The notes below the pieces were generated by a model. The model was not told where the DNA came from. It did not search any database and saw only the letters and a list, made by a program, of their open reading frames with translations. A DNA stretch of 64,000 nt from a virus: the IMG/VR virus record IMGVR_UViG_3300045988_177924. One strand, 5' to 3'. Position numbers and translations under genes: made by a program. This document shows, piece after piece, positions 26,483 through 37,100 of the stretch. The number at the start of each line of letters is the position of its first letter. Position 1 is the first letter of the stretch.

Positions 26483-27399
26483 TTAAAGAGTTTATAGATT
26501 ATTGCAAAGCGAATGACCGCAGTGCGCAAACCATCAAGCAGTATGAGGCTCAGTTGAAGGTTTTCTTCTGTTGGAATTATACCGAGAATGAAGACAAGTT
26601 TTTCATCGATCTCAAAAAGCGAGATTTTGTGAGATACATTGGTTATTTGCGCGGGCTCGGTTTGAGTTCTAATAGGGTGGCTTCTTTAAAGTCCGCCATC
26701 AGCAGTCTGTCGAACTGTATTGAGGTTTTGGACGAAGATTTATATCCAAACTTTAGGAATTTAATCAAAAGCCTTGAACCGGTGCACAAAGAACCAGTAC
26801 GCGAAAAAACGGTGTTGACCGACGAACAAGTCGAAGAGTGTTTAGACAAACTCTTGGCACAAGGTCAGTGTCAAATAGCCTGTGCACTCGCATTAAGTTT
26901 TGCGTCGGGAATGAGAAAGGCCGAATTGACCAGGATGAAGGTTGAGTTTTTTGATGACGCACATTTAATTCTTAATGGTAAAATGTACAAAACGGGTGTC
27001 ATTAAGACAAAAGGACGCGGCTCAAACGGAAAGCAGATTCCTAAATATGTATTAAAAAATAAATTTCAACCCTATTTTGATGCTTGGATGAAACAGCGCG
27101 AGGAGCGCGGAATAGAATCGCCATGGCTATTTGTGACTACCAGTGATGGCAAATTTGTTCAAGCAACGGTGTCGCAAATGAATACGTACGCTGAGAAGAT
27201 TGGTGCGTTGATGAATGTGCCTTTTTATTTCCACTGTATGAGACATTTGTGGACAACTAATATGCAAAAAGAAGGTATTTCGGATTCGGCTATTGCTGAA
27301 ATCCAATCTTGGGATTCTCTTGAAATGGTCAAGAGATATTCAGATATTCCGACAGAAGAGCGTTGGGCTCAATTTTTTGTTGGAGACGAAGAGGAGTGA
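26407..27399 (+). CDS. tyrosine recombinase / integrase family protein (330 aa)
   Basis: GGAGGG RBS. SAM-like N-domain (TIKQYEAQLKVFF). Catalytic signature ASGMRKAEL (Arg), FHCMRHLWTT (H-x-x-R), SWDSLEMVKRY (Trp/His position and nucleophile Tyr). Overlaps the resolvase gene by 76 nt. Confidence 0.85.
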   Translation: MGRTTVYNANLTQAWPSVSKPNRQLVKEFIDYCKANDRSAQTIKQYEAQLKVFFCWNYTENEDKFFIDLKKRDFVRYIGYLRGLGLSSNRVASLKSAISSLSNCIEVLDEDLYPNFRNLIKSLEPVHKEPVREKTVLTDEQVEECLDKLLAQGQCQIACALALSFASGMRKAELTRMKVEFFDDAHLILNGKMYKTGVIKTKGRGSNGKQIPKYVLKNKFQPYFDAWMKQREERGIESPWLFVTTSDGKFVQATVSQMNTYAEKIGALMNVPFYFHCMRHLWTTNMQKEGISDSAIAEIQSWDSLEMVKRYSDIPTEERWAQFFVGDEEE

Positions 27400-27401
27400 A
27401 T

Positions 27402-28058
27402 ATGGAAAACAAGGTTTTATTATCAAATATAGTATTAAAATGGCTTCGGTATCGCGAAGCGTTGCAAAAGGGGGAAGCGACCGCCGAGCAAGCGGAAGAC
27501 TTTGACAAAATCTTCCCTCAAATTTTGGTAAAAGATTATTTACCAATGGCCCAAAAAGAAAACTTGGTTGCACAAATTGTATGGTATACTTTTGATAAAC
27601 AAGCAGACGAGACTTATATAGATTATATGACCAATTTTGAAATTTGTTTAATTTTATATGGTCTATTGGGTTATACAACCATCGAAAATGATTTACAAAT
27701 GGCAGCGTTAAGCTCGGCGATTGTAGACATATTATATGAGTGTGGTTTTGTAGATAAAATTTTAAATTTTTGTAAGAAAGACTACGACCGACTGTGCACA
27801 ATGGCCGATCGTGCGGTGAACTTTAGAACGGGATTAGAATTGATTAATTCTATCGCGACGTTTGACCCGCAGCAATTACAAACAGTTACAAAAGAGTTAA
27901 AAAACACTGTGGGAGGATTGCAACCCGAAGTGGTTGAAAACTTGATTAAAATTGCTCACATTAACGATCCGGTGACATTGGCGGTAGCCGATGCTTTGGA
28001 TAGGTATGGAGTTTTGCAAAGTAAAGAAGAAATTATAACAGAAGAGAAGCGGGATTAA
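27402..28058 (+). CDS. hypothetical protein in tail-assembly-chaperone position (218 aa)
   Basis: ATG 27402 follows GAGGAG and lies 2 nt after the recombinase stop. Sits immediately upstream of the tape measure gene. Function is inferred from position only, and no frameshift partner ORF was seen. Confidence 0.3.
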   Translation: MENKVLLSNIVLKWLRYREALQKGEATAEQAEDFDKIFPQILVKDYLPMAQKENLVAQIVWYTFDKQADETYIDYMTNFEICLILYGLLGYTTIENDLQMAALSSAIVDILYECGFVDKILNFCKKDYDRLCTMADRAVNFRTGLELINSIATFDPQQLQTVTKELKNTVGGLQPEVVENLIKIAHINDPVTLAVADALDRYGVLQSKEEIITEEKRD

Positions 28059-28112
28059 GGGCGGATTGGAACCACATTGCCCCGCGCTCATTCATAAAGA
28101 GAGGAGGCTATT

Positions 28113-31100
28113 ATGGAAGGAATGGACTATACTCCCATTTTAACAAGCGTTGGTTCGGCTGATAGTGCAATTATTGCGATGCTCGAAGATTCGCAACTTA
28201 CCGCAGAGAATTTAGGGACGACAGCCGCATATTTAACAGACACTTTAAAAACAACAACTGATAAACAGTTAGAGGCTGCAGTTCAACAACAAAAAATCAC
28301 ACAAGCCCAACAAAAGGCGCTTGCTTGGATTCGAGATAATTTTGAACAATTTCCTGGTGAAGTAAGGAAAACTCTTAAAGACACTTTTTCGAGTTTGTCA
28401 ACACAGATGGCCAAATTGCCTCCCGCTGTAGTCCACGAAGCTACTCGAACGTTAGTGTTGCCGTTGGTTGATAAAATTATCGGTAGCTTAAACGATGAGG
28501 AAATTGGCCGCTTGGCTATGGCGAAGATAAATCAGGGTTTAGGTGTGGACAACTTAAACAAGTACTCTGCTGGTTATAGAGCAATCTTTGAACAAATTAA
28601 CAAAGAGTACAAATCGGTTTTAAAAGATTCTACTGACCTTAGTGAACAATTTAAAAAAGCCAAGAAAGCACTTGCTAACACCACTTTAGCGGACTTTTCA
28701 TCCACGAGTGGCTCGCCAGCGGTGAATAGAGAAATTGCCACATTGCTAGATATGGCAAAAAAGGCCAAACAACAAAAAAATCCCGATTACAATCCAACGA
28801 TAACCAACAAGGATGTTACTGGTAGTGCTCGTAGAGTAACAAAGGTCGCAGAAAAAATACAACAAAACGCTTTCTCGACGCAGAAAGAAGCGGAAAGTAT
28901 TATTCTTCAATATTTTGATCCCAAAAAATTGACTCAAGAGGGGAAAAATCGTGCCAAGCAAGCCGCGGAATATGCTGCTAATATGCAAAAAGCGGGATAT
29001 GGAGTAAGCTTCGCCCAAGATAACGGTTCTCAAGAGATTAAAGTTATTGTTTATGACAAAAATAGTGTCAATGCTTTCGATAGAAAGGGAAGGGTAAATC
29101 GTCAAAATGCCGCCATTGCTTCTTTTGCGGTTGGGGGCTTAGATAAGCGAAATGACGATTATGTAATTGATCAAGCCAAGAGAGTGAAAGTGTCGGATGC
29201 CGAGGCTCAAAAATTTGTTGAGATGTCTCAACATGCTCCCAAAACAATCGCAAGTGCGCGTAAACGTATTGGGGACATTAAAAACGAAACTGTTCACAAA
29301 TCAACCTCAAAGTTTGATCGACAAGACAACCTGTATGGTGTTGGCGCAGATAAGGCGTTAGTTGAAAGCAGAACTCGTTTTGAGAATGAGGCGAAACGTT
29401 TAGCAAAATTTGAGAAAGATCAAGGTTCTACCATGACCGAATCGGAACTCGTTAAGTTGTTTTCTCAAATGTTTGTTAGCTTTGCTGGATTTGGGGAGCG
29501 GGATATTGGCGTACAAAAGAGTTTACGAGACCAACAAATGAAAAACGGTCTCTCAGACGCAGTTATACGAGAATTTAATAAAAACTTTTCTTGGTTACCT
29601 TTGGTTGGCTCAATGGGTGAGGAAGATTCTGGCCACTATCGACTGTGGGGCGCCAAAGAAATGAAGGACAAAATGGCCCTCGTAACTCGTAAAATACAAG
29701 GTCGTGATATCCAGCCTTACGCTAAACAAGGTAAACCCGAACGTGTACAAAACATAGAAGTTGACGTCAACCGTTTGTTTGATCAAGTTGACGATTTGCT
29801 TAATAGCGCAGACGACAAAAAACGCGAGGCGGCGCAACTCCTTGATAAAAATCGTGACTTAATCGAGGGTTTGGTTGATGGTATGGCCCTGGTGTCGAAA
29901 GATCAAATTCAAAATTTGGACACAATTCGAGAGGGCGTATCGGTTAAGATTTCTAAAGCCGATTTGTTCAAATACGGGTTAAAAGGCAAGAAGAAGAAAA
30001 GTGCCGAAAACAGACGAAAAGCCTATCAAAAACTTTTGGCGGCCGAAGGCCGAGAGGCCACGGATGATAATGTTGATTTTTATATTGATCCTGAGACAGG
30101 AGATGTAACCTTAACCGGGAAAGAGGTGGTTAGGGCGCATACGGGTACAAAAGCCAATAGTGCCTACGGTAACTTACGTGTCGTTTATCGTGAAGTAGTT
30201 CCAGAAGTTATTAAGGCTATTTCCACAATAACAGGAGTTGAATTAATGCCCGAAAAAGACTCGCGCGCGACTGTGGTGTCAGCAAGAGAAGAAACCAGTT
30301 CAAGAAATATCGGACCGCTTGTAACTAGGGCTATAGACAACGCGATAAATGAACTAGATAAGAGTCAGATTGAAGCCAGTGTGAACAAACTTGGTACCAC
30401 AAACCTGTCGACCAACATTGGACAAGCCTTAGTTGACGTTTTGTTGAAAAAATTGAGCTTTAGCGATGCTTTGGACAAGTACGTGGGCTCAAACGTATCG
30501 GCTCGTACCAAATTTACGGGTGAAACCTTATATCTGTTAGATGAGTTGACGGGCGGAAAAAATGGATATGAAATTGTTGATGGGAAATTACAAACTAAGG
30601 CCCTTGCGTCTAGCTTTACTGATGTTGTTGGCGCACGTTATGGTGAATATGAACCAAGAGGTGCGGCCAGCTTGCCAACAAACTGGGAAGTAGAAGATCT
30701 TGAACGTTCGGCTCGTGCAGCCGGTGTGGAAATAACCCCCGAAAATAGTGATTTTTTACGCACTGTTCAACTTGTTGCTTTTGGAGCAACCGCAAACGAT
30801 ATCGAAGAAAAAAAGAAACTTATACGAGACTATAATGAACATATTGAGCGTCAAGCTCAACTAATAGGTTCGCGAGCGGGGTTAAACCCTGATTATATCA
30901 ATCGAAATGCGGGTGTTAACACAATCGTTGTTGGCTCAAAAGACATATATGGCAATCAAGCACACTTTATTGACATAAACGCACTTCGTCGCACTGAGAA
31001 ATTAGACAACGGACAAAGTGATCCCGAACAAAGAGGTGAAACCATTTGGGGTAAACTTGATGAGCAGTTGCAATCTATAGACCAAACTCAAGCAAAAATT

Positions 31101-34100
31101 TTGGTTGATTTGGGCGCGGATATGGGAGAAGCGCGATATTTCGATTTGGGCAAATACACTGATGAAATTGGAGATTATAACGAAAGTTTAGAAAGTTTAC
31201 TTGACGCGGTTCGAACGGGGAAAACAGCGTCCGAAAAGAAAGACTTGCTAACCGCTGTCTTAAAGGCAGAGGCTTACAACTTTGAAAACACTGGCGGGGC
31301 TGTTAATGAACAATTCTTAGCAAAAATGGCTCGCCACCAAGAAGAGGCAAGGAAAGCGGCTCAAGAGAGATATGATAAGAAATATAAGAAACGTTTAGCG
31401 TACTCTACGTTTTATGGCGAAAATACCAATATTGTAGCGACAGATACTACGAATGAAGTTGACGCCTTGCAAGAACGCATGAAGGATAGCGGTACTTATG
31501 TCGATAAAGAACATATTAGAGCAAGTGTCGCGCTTGGGTTGAATGCCTATAAGGGTGATGATAATGATGCTTTTGTAAAAAACTTAGCGCAATATTTGCA
31601 ACTTTTTGCAGAACAGGGGCAAGACAAAGCTATCGAATCAGCTCTCGCCAATCAAAACTTTAAGAATTTTGCCGAAATGGTCGATTTTGCGACCAATATT
31701 TTTACCACGGGAACCTCAGAACATGAGAATTTTTATGGCGGCACGAATCCTATTTTAAGTCGCGGTGTTGAAGCTGTATTGGGGAGGCAGCCTTATAGCC
31801 AAGCCATTAACTTACAATACGGAGGGTTGGTCTTTGGTAAAGAGGGCCTAGGAACAAACGTAATCGAAAGTAACCGTGGTCTCAACAAATTGATCATGGG
31901 GGATTTTGACGGTGATAAATTATACACCGCTTTAGTTCAACTTCGACAGGCTGCCCAGCTAATAGGCGCTACTTCCGAACAGTTTGGCTGGTTAGACGAA
32001 ACCTTGGAAAGAGTCAAACGTTATAATGAATTTTTATATAGAGTTATAGGAAAGAATATTCCGGCTATTACCTCATCCGACGCCGACTCATCGGTAATTC
32101 TTGATTTGGCGAAAAATCAAGTGTTAAACGATAAGCAAATGGCAATAGTGCGTTCCTATCAAAACCAGGCGAAAGACAAAACGGGTAACTGGTCCAACGT
32201 TGCAAAAGGTGCTCGAAATGTTTTAGAGTTACAAAAGTTGGGTACGGGTGCTGTTGTAGGCGGAGATTTGAATTCAACTATCGACTTTATTAAGGGGTCG
32301 TTTGTTTTTGAAGCACTAGAACAAGCTGAGCAAAATGCGATTTCTTCTAAGAAACTTTGGGACGTTGCAATCCAAGATATGCAAACCACGCTTGGTTCCG
32401 ATTTGGATAAAGTTGATGAACAAACGTTCGCTGAGCAACTTGACAAGTCTTTTAATATCGCGATTAACAAAGTTATTGATGAAGTTTACAAAAATAAAGC
32501 AAATGTGAACGATGTGATTCAAGCCGGTGCGGAACAAGGAATCTATAAAGACAACAAATTAGAGGCCTGGCGTTCCCAACGAATATTGGGCACTTTGGCG
32601 ATGAGCAAAAACGTTTCAGCGTACAAAGCTTTGGAAGAGTCTGGTATTTCCCCAGGTGACTTGGAAGCAATTGCTCAAATTGTTAAACCGGGCCGGAATT
32701 GGGAAAGTTTCAGAGGTCAACAAGGTGACTTTCAAAGTCAGTTACTGGACCAACTGAATCAAGGCGCTTTTAACCAATTTGGCTTTAGTGTAGACACATT
32801 AAAGGCATTTGGCGGCAATTTAGATGATGATTTTTTAGCGCAGGCTAAACAAGCACACGGGCGATTCCGTGAAGAAACAGGTCCTACAGGGCTTGGTACG
32901 GCAGCTGGAGAACTTATCAAAGCTATTAACAAATTAACGGTAGCAGAGACAAAAGTTGATAAGACAGGATTCGACCCTAAAATTGTTAGTATATTAGAAG
33001 AAATTCGAGACTTGCTTGCTAAACAAGGCCGAGGCGGTCTTAACGGACGTTATGGGCAGACCTATATGACACCAACGGGTATTGTCTCGAGTTTAAATCC
33101 TTCTTCGATCGATGAATCGGCTTGGGGTTATTTACAGGGAAGAATGTTAGGGTTTAAGGGTTCAAATATCGATTGGACAAAACTAAATGTCAAAGAAAAG
33201 GCAAAACAGTTTGGCTACGCGGATATAGAACAATTTAAACAAGATAGAGAAGGTGTAGTTAGTACGTTTATAGGAACACTAGCTCACGCATTTTCTGAAG
33301 GTGAGATTAAACAGGATCCTGAAATTTTTAAACAAGCAACAAAGGATTTTACACAAGCTTTATCAATGCTGTTTGATAAAAAGGATGTCGACAAATATTT
33401 ACTTGTTGCAAATGAATATGCACAAAGGGGTTATAACGCATACGACCGATTAGCTGGACCAGACGCGTATCGTGCGGCGGAAGAACGGGTGCGATTAAAT
33501 GAGAATTCTGATGTGGTAAAAGGTAAGACTGACGCCATTTACACAAGTAAGCGTATGGCTGAAAGTGGTCAAGAATATCAAGTGTTTAATGTTGTTGACT
33601 TTAAAAACAAGGCTAAAGTTGATGCTAATAGTATAGAACAGGTCTTGATTTATGTCGAGATGTACCGCCGTATTAAACAAGATTTGGATAAATTGGTGCG
33701 AGAAATTGGAGAAGACGCTGCTTTGGAAAAAATGAGCAAGCAGACACTCTTGTCGGCTGATACATTACGCCAATTACACGAATCGTTGGATGTTAGTGCT
33801 CAAATTGTCCAAAATTATCAAGGGAAAACCAAAGTGTATGATGTCGCAAATGTTCCCAGAGACATTGCGCAAGCTCTGGTGGAGGGGCGTTCTTTAACGG
33901 CAGAACAACAAAAGATTATAAATAATGCTGCCACAGCGTCGTCGCCACTGACACAAACCATGTCGCCTGATTTCCAAAAAAAATATTATAAGCTCACCGG
34001 TGAAATTTTTGGGGTAGATGGGTATAGTAAAAATACGGTTGATTATGAGAAAAAAATAGCTGAACAAAAAGCTCTTGAGGAACAATTAAATAAAGTTCAA

Positions 34101-37100
34101 ACAGAGCAAGGCGAAGAATCAACCGTGTTTAAGAAACTCACACAATATTACAACAATCTTCTCGAAGAAATTAAGGCTCTGGAAGAAATTCGCAAACGAC
34201 AGGTTCAAGAATTAAAACTTACCAAAGGTATGAAGGGGTCGGTGACACGCACGACTCGCAATCAAGTTCAACAACTTCTCGAAACGGGAGATTTACACTT
34301 TGGGTATGAAAAAATTCTAAAAGATGATGAGAAACAGCGCTTACTTGCCCAAAAGCAACGAGAAGCCGTATTGAACCAGTACAAACGCTATAACGATCAG
34401 ATTGCTAAGACGGAAAAGGACATGTTGGTTTTGGACAAACAATCTAGAACCACACCGAGTAAACTCGAAAGAGGAATTCAAGCCGATAGAGGACAAATTG
34501 ATATACTAAAGGCTGAACTCAAAGAGTTAGTTGAAAAACGTAATCTGCTTGTTGAAAACAATAAATTGACACAGGCAGAAACCGCCGAAGCCGATGCTCA
34601 ACTTCAAACCAAGAGAGAATTAAACAGGCTTAAGGTTGCTGGAATGGCCAAGGGCGCCGGGAATTGGTTAGATGTTATTGGAAGTGGTGTTAAAAATACC
34701 ATTACGAGAATGTTCGATTACAATGGTGTATATCGTATTCTGAATCGTATAACACAAGGTTTGCGTCAGCTTGTGCAACAGGTAAATGAGCTTGATGTTG
34801 CAATGTTCAACTTGCAAGTTGTTAGTGGTGACAGTCGTCAAGAAGTTTCAGCATTAATTAATGATTATGGCAAACTTGCTCAACAATTACACACTACTAC
34901 AACTCAAATTGCTGCTTCGGCAAACGAGTGGCTTAGACAAGGTTATGAAGCAGGACAGGCTAACGAGCTGATCAAAGCTTCAACATATTTGAGCAAATTA
35001 GGCATGATTGAGGCTGGCCAAGCTACAACTTATTTGACGTCTATGATCAAGGGCTTCAAATTAGAGGCTGCCGACGCAGTTAATATTGTTGACAAGTTAA
35101 CCGCTGTTGATATGGAAGCGGCTGTTAGCGCTGGTGGTATTGCTGCAGCAATGCAAAACGTTGCAACAACTGCTCAGTTAGCGGGGTTATCCATTGATAA
35201 AACAATTGGTTACTTGTCAACCATGATTGAAGTTACCCAACGAGACCCTTCCTCTATGGGTATGGCTTTGCGCACGGTTTTAGCGCGTTATGGTAATGTT
35301 AAAGCAGGGACTTTCACAAATATGACGGGTATAGAAAGTTCCGATGCTGATTTAGAAAATGTTAACGATATTGAAAAAGTTTTAGGCAAAGTAGGAATAC
35401 GCATTCGCGAAAATGCACAAGAGTTTAGAGATTTCGGAGACGTAATTGATGAACTGAGTGAAAAGTGGCAAAAATACGATTCTGTTACTAAAAACGCGAT
35501 TGCTACTGCTATGGCTGGTGTTCGTCAACGTGAATCTTTCTTGGTTTTAATGGAAAACAAAGATAGGGCTGACGAGTTGGAAGATGTGTCATCTTTATCA
35601 AAGGGCACCGCCGACACAAAATATGCTGCTTACCAACAGACGTTAATGGCAGCAAAGGCCGATTTACAGACGTCACTACAAAGTTTGGCAAAATCAATAC
35701 AAGACAGCGGATTACTTATTGCCTTTACCAAGTTGGCTAATATTTTGATTAAAACGGTTGTTCCTGGGTTTAACGCGCTTGCTTCTATGCTATGGGCGCG
35801 AAATTCGTTTAAACTAACAGAACAAATCAAATATAGTTTAAACCAACGTAAAACAACTTCCGCAGCCTCTCTCGGATTTTTTGCACAAAAAACACAACAA
35901 GAAGCATTAAGAAGACAAGAGTGGCAACAGGAGTTTTATAAAAAGAAAGAGGGCACTAATCAAACGTATGTTGACAGGTTATTGGGGAAAACATCACCCA
36001 AGACTGCGCTTTCGTCGTTTACTAATGTGTTGAATGATGCGTCTACAGCAGTACGTGGTTTTACGGGTGCCATAAATGGCTCACCGGTTCAGTCCACAAC
36101 CTCTTCTCAAGCACCATCGAAGACGCCTGTGGTAGATCCAAGGCGTCTGGTGTATACCGAGGCCGGCGAGTGGCCTAGTGTAGATGAATACGCCAAAGGT
36201 TCTAGGTTTAGACGCCTTAATAGGGCAAAAATTCGTAAAGATTTACAAAGCGGTCGCATAACCACTGTTGACGCGAGCAATATTAAACAAAAATATAAAC
36301 AAATAGCAAAAGAAGATCGACAACAAGCCAAAGCACTTTTAGGCCAGCAAATTACAGGGAACGTAGCAGGTGCGGTTGGCGCCGGTGTCACCTCTGCATT
36401 AACCACGGGGTTTAACCAAGAGGGTTCCGCAGGGGCGAAGGCGACTGCTGGAGTTACAGCTGGTGCTTTGACAGGTGTTGGTGCATTATTTGGTCCAATG
36501 GGAGCGGTTATAGGTTCCACTTTGGGTTCAATATTGGGACCGGTTTTTGCTAAATTGGTTGACAAAGAAGAAAACGAACGTAAACAACGTGCAGAAGCAG
36601 CTCAGAAACAATTGGACGCTTTAAATTCATTAAACAATACATTTGATGAAGTGCATGATTATACCGAGAAAGAGTATTTAACTTCAGAGGCCATTTTAGC
36701 TATTAAAGAGCGAGTTGACTCTATTGACGAGCAGATGGCTACAAGTGGTTTAAGTTTCGACGATTATCTTAAACAAGCTGCTACCCAACTTGGATTGGGT
36801 GAGGATTTTCAAACTATAGAAGATATTCGTGAGCTATTAACCGCTGCTGATGAGAAAACTCGTCAAAAGGCACAAGAGGTGTTTGACTTAGCCCAAAGTA
36901 TGGCCAAAGTACAAACAACGCAAGAGTCCAAGGCAGTGTCGGATATGTCATATGATGAGAAGAGAGTTTATTGGCGGGCATTAGACAAAGAGTATATTAA
37001 ACAAGCGTTTATTACATCTGGTCTGGAGCAAATGTCGCTTCGTCAGTTGTCTCAAACAAATCTTGATGACGCAATCAAACAAGTTGCCGCACAATTTGAA

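Noticed and set aside
21277-27399. Shufflon or invertible fibre-switching system driven by the tyrosine recombinase
   Set aside because: All repeats I could find are direct, not inverted. There are no promoterless fibre fragments on the minus strand, and every credible ORF is on the + strand. This cannot be excluded without a systematic inverted-repeat search.
27402-28112. Programmed -1 frameshift producing a gpG/gpGT-like chaperone pair upstream of the tape measure gene
   Set aside because: No overlapping alternative-frame ORF extends from the 3' part of 27402..28058, and I saw no obvious slippery heptamer.
36107-36565. 152-aa minus-strand ORF opposite the glycine-zipper region of the TMP
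   Set aside because: It is antisense to Gly/Ala-rich codons (GCN/GGN give open antisense frames), has no RBS, and is nested in a strongly supported gene.
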